Shown here one piece after another: positions 1 to 10,900 of a DNA stretch of 64,000 nt; positions within the stretch are counted from its first letter, which is position 1, and every line of letters begins with the position of its first letter. The position numbers were made by a program, and so were the translations under genes. Origin of the DNA: Trypanosoma brucei (lineage: Eukaryota); NCBI GenBank assembly GCA_000002445.1, contig CP000066.1:704001-768000 (forward strand). Direction: 5' to 3'. The notes under the pieces are model-generated. The model saw nothing but the letters and a program-made list of their open reading frames with translations. It did no database searches and was not told where the DNA came from.

Positions 1-1919
1 GGCTTTTTCTTTAGAGCTGGTTTACCCTCCTGAAGCAAAAAGCAATTCGAAAGAAAGCTGCGTAGCGGGCCCACATCACTTTGAAGCGTTAATGACCACA
101 AGGTACGCTTCTCCACGTCCTCCACTGCGAGAGAGTATCCCGCAACAGCATCATAGAGAAAATGCATAAGAACAACAAGGTACTTTGCAAACGAGGGACC
201 AAGCTTAGTTCCATAGCGACCCTCTAACCTTAGCACAGCGTCCTTGCGCGCTTTGTCCATTTGTATCAGCGCCTCGGGCCCCTTCAAAGTTTTCTTGACA
301 CCCCACGCAGCGCCCCATGCATCAATAACACCGACGGTTGTATACGGATATAAATAGCAGAGCGTCGCTTGCAGAGCCAGGTTTGGTGCCGAACTGTAGT
401 GATTAAAGTACTTTTTCCTCTCGAACTCAGACGGAGGAGGGAATTTACATTCGGTCGCGTCGCCCTCACCGCTGTGTGCGTTATCCTTGAACCCATCGAC
501 AGTACTTCCACTCTCAGCTGAAGCAGCAGCGGTTGTGTTGCAGTGCTGTGTCCCGTCCTCAGCAACTATCGGCTGAATTAATCCTATTACTCGAGTTAAT
601 GCGCGTATAGCCATGTCCTTCAAGGTAGCGCCCTGGCTCGCCTTAAAGCGAGAAGAATGATCCACAAGCTCACGGAGTACATACGCCAGAACATGGTGCG
701 CATGGGCCACACTCGCCGCTCCAAGAGAAGCTAAAAAACTGTTGGCAAGAACCTCCTCAAACGCACTGCGTTCCGTGCTGTAGAGCCGGACGAGATGCTG
801 CAGTGCTCCCCGAAGGTCGCCTCGCGCAAGGGACGTCGACACGTTGTTGTCGAAGCGAAACAGTCTTGCTTTCTTAGTTTTTTTTTCGTCATCTCCCTTC
901 TCACCCTGATTGGTGTTTGTGACTCCGGAAGCATCGAATAAGGAATGCAACTGAACGGGAACATGCAATAGTGGTTTCACAAAATGCGTAATCTCCTCCT
1001 CCTCCTCGCCCGGAAGTTCTTCTCTCATCGACTCCCCAGTTTCCCTGCTATACAGAAAAAAAAGGGCACGCATATGCACCGACTGGAATTTACCTGCATC
1101 CTTCACACCAGGAAGCGTGACCAAAAGATTGTTTGGCGTTGAAAACCACGCCGCTGCTGAGCCATCACACAAATTGCCCACTATTTCCTGCGTCGTTATT
1201 ACCACTCGCCGCTCGCCTCCAAAGTAGTTGAAAGGGACTACTTCAGGGCTTGATGCCTCAATAGATTTCACGACAAGCTGCATTAAATGACCAAGACCGC
1301 TGCAGCGACAGGCCCAAGCCATGGCGTGCGCTCCAAGCGCATCGGCGGTTATTACCAGCACCTTCAATGGCTCGCTATCGGCCTCATCCCGCAATTGTGG
1401 TTTGTGCAATAACTCAGTCACTATATGACTTGCGGCTGCATGTGCAGCTGACCAAAATGCAACTGATCGCTCACTTGAAGCGCCACCAATGATGGCACGG
1501 GGGACACCAGGTAAAAGTTGCGGTTCCACACGCCCCTCATCATCTCCCCTCGGGAGCGGCGTCCACGGTCCTACGACAGGTCTGGCCGGCAGCTTATCGT
1601 CCTTTTTATTTTCCTCCTGCTCCCTCCCGGGAATTTTTTCTCCTTTCCTCTTCTTTTTACGTAACTGCGTTTCATCGCCGTTTGTCGCAGCAGCGCTGTT
1701 TCCGTTAGCCGTATCCCCCTCATTGCCGGTAGTTGCACCACGTGGTTGTTTGGCCCTTACTACCCCACTCTTATGGAAGGTACGGCGGTGCTGAAGCCAG
1801 TTCTTTGCGAAGCATTCCTGACCACAAAAAAAGCCCCGATCGGTAATAAGTTCCGCCTGACATAACGGGCACTGGAAGGATGACGCAGACTCATTGCAAC
1901 CGTCACACTGACGCTGCAT
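1..1919 (-). CDS. MYND/MetAP1-type (C6H2) zinc-finger protein, conserved hypothetical; 5' complete (ATG at 1919), 3' end runs off the window
   Basis: Hand translation of the minus strand from the ATG at 1919 is open to position 1 (about 640 codons), so the ORF track missed it for lack of a stop in the window. An in-frame TAA lies just upstream at 1944-1946. The N-terminus MQRQCDGCNESASSFQCPLCQAELITDRGFFCGQECFAKNWLQHRRTFHK matches the Cx2C...Cx2C...CxxxC...HxxxH zinc-finger pattern of MetAP1/MYND fingers. The rest is GC-rich, coding-like and of unknown family. Purine-rich plus-strand tracts at 2160-2260 and 2340-2380 give a PPT on the coding strand upstream. Confidence 0.6.
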   Translation of the reverse strand, partial: MQRQCDGCNESASSFQCPLCQAELITDRGFFCGQECFAKNWLQHRRTFHKSGVVRAKQPRGATTGNEGDTANGNSAAATNGDETQLRKKKRKGEKIPGREQEENKKDDKLPARPVVGPWTPLPRGDDEGRVEPQLLPGVPRAIIGGASSERSVAFWSAAHAAASHIVTELLHKPQLRDEADSEPLKVLVITADALGAHAMAWACRCSGLGHLMQLVVKSIEASSPEVVPFNYFGGERRVVITTQEIVGNLCDGSAAAWFSTPNNLLVTLPGVKDAGKFQSVHMRALFFLYSRETGESMREELPGEEEEEITHFVKPLLHVPVQLHSLFDASGVTNTNQGEKGDDEKKTKKARLFRFDNNVSTSLARGDLRGALQHLVRLYSTERSAFEEVLANSFLASLGAASVAHAHHVLAYVLRELVDHSSRFKASQGATLKDMAIRALTRVIGLIQPIVAEDGTQHCNTTAAASAESGSTVDGFKDNAHSGEGDATECKFPPPSEFERKKYFNHYSSAPNLALQATLCYLYPYTTVGVIDAWGAAWGVKKTLKGPEALIQMDKARKDAVLRLEGRYGTKLGPSFAKYLVVLMHFLYDAVAGYSLAVEDVEKRTLWSLTLQSDVGPLRSFLSNCFLLQEGKPALKKK

Positions 1920-2554
1920 CTCAGACGACGCGCGAATTTTTTTTTATAATTGATTAGTAAACAATACCTTCTCCGGACACCCTGCACTCTTCCGCGTGGC
2001 GTGGGATACGCTGGAGGCTGAAACACCACAGAGCCACGTCCTCTTCCGCTCCTTTTCCACGGTCGTGGAAATTTGGTTAATGTTCAAGTTGAAGCTGCGT
2101 ATGTAGGTGCTTCTGCGGCAGCTTAGGGAATCTTACATGCAAAAAGGATCATCGTTATGATAATGATGATGATGATGAAAAAGGGGAGGAGGGGAGTAGT
2201 AGAAAACGGATAGAAAAAAGTGAATGAGCATTCGTACGTGAGTGATTGAAGGCGAGACAAGGAAGAAAGGATAAACGTGAAGATAGCCAAAGGCTTCTTC
2301 ACGGTGCTACCATTCAGATAAATTTCGATACCACTGCCAATAAGTCTTCCAAGGAAAAAAATAAAAAAAGATCTTAATAAAAGGCACGACTCCTAGCGAC
2401 AAATACAAAAGATTCTTAAATCGATGTGCAAACACACACACACATATATACGTATACACGTATAAAAATGCAAGTTGTTACTCTATAAATTTGTCGCTTT
2501 GTGTTTTTTTTATGATTATTCTCTATAGTTGCTGAGTGGTAAAAACCGTACCAC

Positions 2555-5500
2555 TCAGCAGTGATGTTTCGACCTGGGGGAGTACAAAATGTGCGACATG
2601 CTTGTATGTGTCGTAGTGGTCGATAAAAGCCGCTCCTCTGAGTTCGCATCAGGGCTCAACTTCAGCTCACTACTGGAACTTTCGGTTGGTGGTTGGGGAA
2701 GATGCTTACCTTTGGTTATTCTTTTTTTTCCACCTTTCGAAGGCGTCGTGCTCTGGAGCACTGGGCCGCTATGCGACGAAATGAGGAATCCATAACGTTT
2801 TGCCGCTTCGAGGTCTAACTTGTAAAATGCCTCGATATAAGACGGTGTCACGGAACGCGAGCTGTAAAACGAAGATCCACAAGCCTTCTTTGGAGTGCTG
2901 GCCACCGAAGCAACAGTGCGGTGGCTGGTGGTGCTGGCCCTCCTAACTATCCCCTTTAATGCATCCATATCCTCCTCATCAAGGGCGGTACCTTCGTTAG
3001 TCAGTGCGTTACTGCTTTCGTCCCTCGACAGTTTGGCATCCCGTAGACTGGATGTGCTGCGATGACAACAGCTCCCCTCTGCTTTAAAACGCCACACCGC
3101 ATCTCGGCGGCGAACGGGTGAAATAATCGTTGCGGCTCCCGACTGGCCACCTACACACCTCCCTTCAGGTTTTCTCCCGTAGCGCGCGTCGCTCGGTACT
3201 TTGATGGGACCATACGGCTGTCGTGGTTCCTCGTAGTCGCTCCACACACCAGGGCCTTCTTCATATGGAACACGCGCCACCTTGATAGCTTTGCGGTCTG
3301 ATTTGTAATCGCGGGGGCATCGGGGGTTGATCGGGGCAGGTCGTGACGCACTCACACGATGCTTAGCTCTCGCCTCAGAAAATAACTGCTGCCACACCTT
3401 TTCCTCACTCTGGCGCTTCCATCCGGCCGTTGGTCTCAAGTAGCCTGGTGGAACTTTGGGCCTGTTCACAGCTGGCCGACGTGATGAACCGCGACTCGGG
3501 CCCCCCTTACATGACCGTTTCTTGTTTCCCGCTTCATCAGTGTTCAACGCCGTGCTGGCGCTGAGAGTACTCTCGCCAAATCGGGGGGAAGAGGAACACC
3601 CACTACGAAGGGAGGCCCTACCCGCTGCCTCGCCCTTGAACCCGCTTCCTATAGTCTCGTCGTGCATTGTTGATAATGAAACATCAGGTATTGTCAAAGT
3701 TTCTTGACTTTTACTCCTGTGACTCAGCAGTCTTCTGCTTTCCTGTCGTGGCATAGGTGTGGAGGTGGGCGATCGCTCAGCCGATTCAAACGGAGCCTTA
3801 CTTGATCCCATGAGGCTCGGTCCCACATTTTTCCCCGCTGCACTGTCACTGTTACTCCCCTTCCCAACGGTCCTCATCGAAAATGGGTCCACATCATCAT
3901 CCTCGTCGCGAACACTTTCAAAAATAAATTCGGTAGTGATAGATCCCACTTCGACTCGGTCATCACTGACTGCAGCGGCATTGCTGTTTCCTTGGCCTCC
4001 GTGACCACCGTCCTCGGCATCATCACTGTCTAAAGAAATTGTCACCGTCGTAACAGACTGGAGGGGAGTGCCCGACACCCCACAATGTACTTTTGCCGCG
4101 GTGTCCCCACGCACCTTCACCTCCTCCTCCCCCGCCGACGATAACTCGCCGAAATCTATCTCGGAAAATCCTCTTGACGAGTTGCTATAGATGATATCAT
4201 CATTGTAGGGACGTTGCGTCGTCGATCTCAGATCTGGGAAGGGCTCACCAGAGAATTGATTGAAGCAACATGTGGAACCTCCCCTACGCGCCACCGCAGC
4301 CTTCAGGGAGCAGGGGACAATATGTCGGTTCGCTAAAGAAAATGTAGCTTCCGCCTCCTCCACCGGATTTATGGGTCGCTTAAAAATGTCGCGGTTTGTT
4401 TTACCACCATCGGCCCTTGCAGCGTTCGGAACCCTTGACGGCCGTCTGCCAGAACCAGAAAGTGGCGTCTTATCGTTCCTTCTTGCTGTCTTGCAGGACT
4501 TCAAGACTGCAGAAGAACTTCTTCGCCCACTGTGACCTGCTTTCCGAGGTATCTCACTCACTTGATCCCTTGCAGCGGCAGCAGAACCGCGCAGAGGTGC
4601 TGATACGAAAGAGCCACTCTTATCGACGCGGCTAGTGGAACTACCAGCAACGGGAAACTGTGGTGAGGGTGAGCTCACTTTACTCACTGAACCTGTGGCT
4701 TCGGGAAGACTCTTTGATCGGTCACATCTCACAACAGCTACAGTACCCGTCGATGGTGCACGCACGGTCGCTGTGGTGGTGCCAGTGGAAGTGTTGAAGC
4801 TGGTGAAGTTGTTGTTGGAAGTGCGTGTCAAGGTGTTGGATGTGGGGTCCCACTCGAAGAAGACAACCTCATTGGGCGTATCCGAATCCGAAAGAGCTCT
4901 GTTATTACTCGTGTTTCTTGAGCACATCGCTGCGCTCAAAGCGGAAGTGAATGCCGAACCATCCTGTGTCGTGGACGCGTGTGATTCCGGTTCCGTCACG
5001 AGCGACCGGTCGTAACAGCGACTTGGATCCTCCGTCCCGCGAGGGGAAATGTGCGAGTGTTCTCCACAGCTCCCCTTTTGTGCGCCCCTCCTGGGCACTC
5101 CAACTCTTCTGTCAGATCCGCTGGCAACAACACTGGAGGGAATCGCACTGTAGGTGAGATGCAGGGCTGCCCTAGACTGAATTTCCTCTGCTACCAACTT
5201 TTCCCGAGCCAAATTCTCACACAGTGCAATATCCTTCATCTCAAGTCTGCACCTCCTCCTCTTCGCTTCGCACTCCCGGTACTCAGTTAATGACTTTAGC
5301 CCTAAACTGAAAACCCTCTGTATTTCTTCGCGTTCGTGACCTTCTGCCTGATACAGCTCAATCTGCCGTACATACCGTTCACTTTCTATAAGTGTTAGAA
5401 GACGTTGAGCCCACTCCTCCACCCAGTTTAAATGGCCCAATATTCCCATGTTACTCCCTCTATCGCTAATCATGCGCAACTGATTCTTCGCTTCCGATAC

Positions 5501-7231
5501 GATGCTTCTCCTTTGACATGCTTCCTGGAGGTAGATGGGCTCACGTTGAAACGCTGTCAGCTCAATGCGATGGTAATGAACAATAAACTGGAAGGCTGCG
5601 GACTCCGCGCCAATCACAAGTATCCGCTTGCCCAGTTCCTCAGATACAACACTCCGCAACTGTGCTTTAACCTCCCATATCTCGTACGAGCGGTCCATTG
5701 AGGTAGAACACAACCTGTCGGGCGAGGGTCTACTAAAGGATCCTTGTCGGCCGCCTTGAACAGGGCTGTCGAATACCCCCCACGAGCCCGCGGGGGCACC
5801 GCTTACGCTTTGATATGTACCAGCCGATGGACCTTTCTTTTCCTTTTCTTGTGAATGGGAAGAAAAATCATTGCGCGACCTGCCACCTTGGCCCACCACC
5901 GGAACGTCCGTCTCCAACTGAGCACCGCATGACAGCAGTGGAGGTCTGATTTCTTCACGTGGGGTCCTGAGCGGCGACATGCGCTGGATTGGGCAGGTCC
6001 GCACCCTTTCCCCTCTTCGGGAAGAAGAAGTTCTGGTAGGAACTGAGTTTGCTCTCCCGACTGCACCCGCTTGACTGCGAAGCTTACAGGATTGCGCTCC
6101 AGGCCCGCCCCGAGCTAAAACAGTTGCGTGCTTCACGGCACACCAGAGAAGCATTTCACGCAGCAATCGAACATAAGCTTTCGTGATTTTACGACGGTCC
6201 CTTTGCTCCTTTTCCATGATCATTAGCATATCCTTCTCATTCCTAACGGACTGCAGCGCCTCTATCAGTGGTCCTGTTCTGCAACGCTGCCGAGCCAATA
6301 CTGCACCCGAAGCAACCGGGGTAATCGGTGAAGGAGAGTTGCGGTATCGCCCCGCTGCTCTCCTGAGAGCAACACTACCAGCAATATTCCTGCTGGTCTC
6401 TTCCTCGTCATCAGACGAGGCCCACACACCATCAAACTGAACCAATAAGGAGCTGATGTTGTACAACGTTGGGAAACTGCGGCCGCCACACACCCGTCTC
6501 TTCTTTCTATTGTACGTTGGCACAATAACAAGGGAATCCGCAGACGACTCATCTTCAGGCAGTGATGAAGAGGCCACGACGAGTGTTGGTGACATCCTGG
6601 CCTGTGGGTTCAGCCTCCCTCGCCTCTCTCTGAAGTCGGGGGTGTCAACGGGAGAAACTAATCGGCGATCGCAAGGGGTGGACAGGCGGCGAATGGGGGT
6701 GGACGCCCTCCGATTAATCAAAGGCGTATCAATGTGCCGTTGTGGCGAGACGTAGCGCCGAACGACTTGCCGCAGGGGGCTTGGAGATGAAACAAATCGT
6801 GATACGGCATGGGAACTAGATGGCGCACGCTCGGAGCGGCTTGTCCTGATGCTGATATTGGAAGGTGGTGGAGGGAAATGCGACTCGTCAGCAAACAAGC
6901 GTATTTGCTCTTCTGAAATTTCTACTACGCTACGATCCTTCAATGGCGAGGTTGGCAATGGTGACACCAGCCGGTTCACAATGGCACTTCGCGCAACGTC
7001 ACGGCTCCGTTCTGAGCTGGCGGAAATTTCTTCTACTGAATGAAACTCGGAAAGTGGGCCACGGGAAGGCGGGCCGCCGACCGGCACATTCACGAGGACC
7101 GACTGCACGTCCTCCGAGGAGTAAACAGTTGGCTCGCTTCCCACAACTAATGACCTCTCCTCCACCTCTTCAAGCTGCACATCCTGAGGCTCAAACACCT
7201 GTGAGTGTACCTGCCCATCATCACTTTCCAT
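2555..7231 (-). CDS. large hypothetical protein (1558 aa), Ser/Arg/Pro-rich, mostly low-complexity and probably disordered
   Basis: Long ATG-initiated ORF (cat at 7229-7231). A coding-strand PPT lies upstream at about 7331-7410. No recognisable catalytic motifs. There is a short structured-looking segment (RILVIGAESAAFQFIVHYHRIEL...) in the middle. Confidence 0.6.
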   Translation of the reverse strand: MESDDGQVHSQVFEPQDVQLEEVEERSLVVGSEPTVYSSEDVQSVLVNVPVGGPPSRGPLSEFHSVEEISASSERSRDVARSAIVNRLVSPLPTSPLKDRSVVEISEEQIRLFADESHFPPPPSNISIRTSRSERAPSSSHAVSRFVSSPSPLRQVVRRYVSPQRHIDTPLINRRASTPIRRLSTPCDRRLVSPVDTPDFRERRGRLNPQARMSPTLVVASSSLPEDESSADSLVIVPTYNRKKRRVCGGRSFPTLYNISSLLVQFDGVWASSDDEEETSRNIAGSVALRRAAGRYRNSPSPITPVASGAVLARQRCRTGPLIEALQSVRNEKDMLMIMEKEQRDRRKITKAYVRLLREMLLWCAVKHATVLARGGPGAQSCKLRSQAGAVGRANSVPTRTSSSRRGERVRTCPIQRMSPLRTPREEIRPPLLSCGAQLETDVPVVGQGGRSRNDFSSHSQEKEKKGPSAGTYQSVSGAPAGSWGVFDSPVQGGRQGSFSRPSPDRLCSTSMDRSYEIWEVKAQLRSVVSEELGKRILVIGAESAAFQFIVHYHRIELTAFQREPIYLQEACQRRSIVSEAKNQLRMISDRGSNMGILGHLNWVEEWAQRLLTLIESERYVRQIELYQAEGHEREEIQRVFSLGLKSLTEYRECEAKRRRCRLEMKDIALCENLAREKLVAEEIQSRAALHLTYSAIPSSVVASGSDRRVGVPRRGAQKGSCGEHSHISPRGTEDPSRCYDRSLVTEPESHASTTQDGSAFTSALSAAMCSRNTSNNRALSDSDTPNEVVFFEWDPTSNTLTRTSNNNFTSFNTSTGTTTATVRAPSTGTVAVVRCDRSKSLPEATGSVSKVSSPSPQFPVAGSSTSRVDKSGSFVSAPLRGSAAAARDQVSEIPRKAGHSGRRSSSAVLKSCKTARRNDKTPLSGSGRRPSRVPNAARADGGKTNRDIFKRPINPVEEAEATFSLANRHIVPCSLKAAVARRGGSTCCFNQFSGEPFPDLRSTTQRPYNDDIIYSNSSRGFSEIDFGELSSAGEEEVKVRGDTAAKVHCGVSGTPLQSVTTVTISLDSDDAEDGGHGGQGNSNAAAVSDDRVEVGSITTEFIFESVRDEDDDVDPFSMRTVGKGSNSDSAAGKNVGPSLMGSSKAPFESAERSPTSTPMPRQESRRLLSHRSKSQETLTIPDVSLSTMHDETIGSGFKGEAAGRASLRSGCSSSPRFGESTLSASTALNTDEAGNKKRSCKGGPSRGSSRRPAVNRPKVPPGYLRPTAGWKRQSEEKVWQQLFSEARAKHRVSASRPAPINPRCPRDYKSDRKAIKVARVPYEEGPGVWSDYEEPRQPYGPIKVPSDARYGRKPEGRCVGGQSGAATIISPVRRRDAVWRFKAEGSCCHRSTSSLRDAKLSRDESSNALTNEGTALDEEDMDALKGIVRRASTTSHRTVASVASTPKKACGSSFYSSRSVTPSYIEAFYKLDLEAAKRYGFLISSHSGPVLQSTTPSKGGKKRITKGKHLPQPPTESSSSELKLSPDANSEERLLSTTTTHTSMSHILYSPRSKHHC

Positions 7232-7330
7232 TTATATGCCGTCTGCACTTCCCCTCCCCTCCACAAGCACACAAAAGTAGTTGTTCCTCAGGATGATTCA
7301 CCGTCTATCTGGTACTCTACTAATCTATGC

Positions 7331-7410
7331 TAAGGAAAAAAGGTAAATAAATAAGACAACAATTAAAAGAAAAAAGAGATACAGATGCAAGGGAAGAGAA
7401 GAGGAAAACG
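7331..7410 (-). promoter_or_regulatory. polypyrimidine tract for the 2555-7231 gene
   Basis: Purine-rich on the plus strand, 100-180 nt upstream of ATG 7231. Confidence 0.5.
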
Positions 7411-7931
7411 TCAACTACACCTACACGGATGACTGTTAAGTGGTGAGGAATAAGTTCGCGGAGGGCATAACCTACGAGTAGAAAGAGGGTAAAGTAAACG
7501 GCAGCGGCACTAAAGCGCGCGCATCCGCTCTTACCCACGCCCGCGCTTCACTCCGCCCAACAGCACATCGTATTGTCCTCCCATGCCGAACCAAACAATC
7601 CGCTGTCACTTCCGTCCAAATGAAGGTATATCAAAAGGTTATGGAGAAGAAGAGGCGGAAGAAGAATAGAACAGGGAAGGACGATATAAAACAAAAGTAA
7701 ATGCATTTGAAGCAGAAACGAAACAAAAACCACTGAAGGACACGGGGAGGCACAAGCAGATGAAGAAACGCTTGCGTCACTGGAATCCAGTGGAAGTGAT
7801 TAAATATCCTCCCATCGATTCTCTTCCTGCTCAAAGACACCACAACGCACGTGGATACGCGTGCAGGGGCACAAACACACACTTGCGTCTGGTGCACTGT
7901 TGCAACTCTTGCTCCATGCAATTTCCTCCGG

Positions 7932-10900
7932 TTAGCCTTCGCACCAAACTAAGATATCACCTGTACAGTTATCGAGCTCTTGCAGGCAATCATCCATGGA
8001 GTCACTCTCGCAGGCGAGCATAACATTCCACCTAGATCCCCTCTCCAGAGTTGTCAAGCCCTCACGGAATGGCTGGTGTAAATCCAGTTGCTGTGAAATT
8101 AATTCAAAGAGTGAAACAGGCTTGTGAGTAGGCAGAACTCGAGTAATCCCTTCATTTGAAATCCGCAAACCATTTAGCAGAAGCAACATATCCTCCGGGC
8201 TGGTGTACACGGCTGGATTGGGCATCACATGAACATGATGGTGGAGTGGTGATAGCGTAGTTTCCTGCGGCTCCAAGATTATCTTTGGTGAATGCATGGA
8301 TTCGACATAACGCCTTAGGAGACCACAAAGTGAGGTTGCACTAGGTGTGCCACCAGCAGCTTGTGAACCGGCAGGGTGAGCGTCAAATGCACCATGTGAC
8401 CAACCCAATTGCTCATCCAGCTCAGCAATAGTTGTCTGTTTGTGTTGTCGGAGCAATGGGCAGACGTACTCCTCTACAAAGCAAACAACACCTGTAGGAG
8501 GAGTGGAAAATGGGAGTACAACTCGCACATAACGAGTTGTCGTATCCGTATTATCGACGTGCCACTCAAAAAAATGTGGTAAACGATGTACCGCCGTCGT
8601 AGCCAGGCACCTTGCCCCTTCTTCTTTCACTGTAGAGTTCCAGCGCTCACCCTTCACGTCATTAGGTAAATACGCATACAGTTCGGTCTCACTTAGCAAG
8701 ACGTACTGCCCCGTTTCCCCGCTACCACGCTCCAGGTGATGTAAATGAGCCTCCCTTCTAATTTTCGCTAGCAGCTCCCAGAGGCACGCATCATCCTGGT
8801 CGCAGACGGGCCGAACCATCTCCACCTTCGCGAGGAGTTGCCCATTCCGGCACTGACGGCCGACGCGACGCAACAGCGATGGAAGGTCGCCGAACATCGG
8901 GGCGAAACGCGAACTCCAAGAGAGGGCCTCAGCTATCAACCCCAACGGAATATCCACATCAGCGGGAAAAAGACGTACAATGAGGCGAGCATAGAGCAGC
9001 CATGGACTGACCGGCCCTTTGTACGCCGAAACAATAAGGTCCACATCATCCCTTTTCTCCTCCCCGTGTGATGATGCGTTTGACAGCACTTCAAAAAACA
9101 AACCATCAAATGCCTCCACAAAGGAAGTAAGCGAACCGAGAGTCACCACAAAAGAACCCCAACGAATGCGGCGCATTAACCTGCGAACTGGGACGCCCGA
9201 AGGGGCAGAAACATGGGGCAAAATCAGGTCAAACACAGCGTGCAGAATAGTCTGAACAAAATGCAAAAGTCGATCCGGCCTCTGTGTTTTTAGCACTCGG
9301 GAGATCTGAGCCTCAAAAGTTAACCGAGAGGAAACGGCAGGAGGTGGAGGCGGAGGCGGAGTGGCGGGCAAGGAAAACGCAGGAGTCAAAACCTCGCCTT
9401 TCGCTGTGTGATTTGTCAACACAACATTGCACAGCTCCTCGTCAATCCGATAAGGTCCTTCGGCGGAGCGCAAAATGTCCAGGAGCTCTTTGGATTGCAG
9501 CGAAAGCCGTTCCACCTGCAACCAGCGTTCCAGTAGGGTAAGTGGAACCACACAGCTACCGTTCTCACGCATAGCACCCCTGCAACAGGTGAAAAAAGGT
9601 TCAATCGCCTCTGTATAGAGCTGAAAGGCACTTCTTGATGTTGTACGAAAGGCTTCAAATGCTCGTAGAGCCCGATCCTCCCGCACTGACAACCGAACGG
9701 CATCACCATCCCTCAAGCCACATTGAATGTTGATACTAGAATCACCTTTGGCAGTATCTGCAGCGAGGACATCATAACGAAGTAGCACATTTAACAATGT
9801 GTCACTATCGCCGTCGTTTTTGCCATTGTTCTTCGGTAGAAGAGCGCCGCACAACTCTCCATAAGTTACAGGAACGTTACCAAAGTGTCGTTTTCTCAGA
9901 AACGCCACAGCACGCACTACGAGATCCGTCTCGCGATGAAATGTAAGATCTGATGGTGAGGCAGCAACACAGGGCTTTTGCAACCCCTCACTATGTCCCG
10001 CTGCCAACCACTCACTTACCTCTTCGGCGGTAACGTTATCAGACGGTCCGGTGAGGTGCCCGTGCATAACGACCAGTTTCCCTTCCACATTTACCACATT
10101 AAAGTGTGCGGGGAACTGTGTTAAGGCCTCTGTGAGACTTTTCTCACCTATCCAAGCTGAAGCAGCGGGCCAACATACCGTAGCAGATAATTCACTAATC
10201 GGTATACCCGTCGGCTGCTTAACCAATGAAGCCTTGACTGTTTGCATCAACTCCAGCGCCATGGACAACCGCGCTTCTTCCGAAAACTGTAGGCGGCAGG
10301 CCGGTTGAGCTGGCCCAAGACGCTTGTAGTTGCAGTCAAATGCACTCAAGGTCCAGCAGAGCGTCGCATCTGCCGCGAATGCCGCTACATCATCCCTCGT
10401 CATGTTCCGTAGCGGCTGGGGAAGATCATCACCACCCCTCTCCACCAGTTCTTCCACGCGCTTTCGGGCCACCTCAATCCACGCACCGGAGAGTACTTCA
10501 TCAGTCTTAACACTTTGTTCCACACCACGTTGTATGAGCGGTCCAACTTCTTTATTCCACCAGAGTTGCAGCGCAAAGAGGCGGGGAGATCCCAGTTTCA
10601 TAGCGTCCGGATGCAAGGTAAAGCAGCCATCTTGGCGCTGATGTAGTAACGTGTCACTGGTGGCAAGTGACACAGCGCCCCTTACGAGGGTTGCAGCAGT
10701 ACGATACGCCTTATTGTTGCAATTGGAGCTACACAATCCCCTTGGGTGAAGAAGGGCGACACACGAGTCAATATGCAATTCGTTTTGTAACGATAAGTCG
10801 TGCGATGCTCCGCAAATGGCGGGCCCCGGAGCACGAGGAACCAAAGGAGGTGAGACACCAGCCCCATAAACTATTCGAAAGTGTAAGTAAGGAACTACAA

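Noticed and set aside
1489-2029. ORF-track ORFs 1489-1794 (+) and 1760-2029 (-)
   Set aside because: Both are alternative-frame shadows of the real minus-strand MYND-finger gene (ATG 1919, frame open to position 1).
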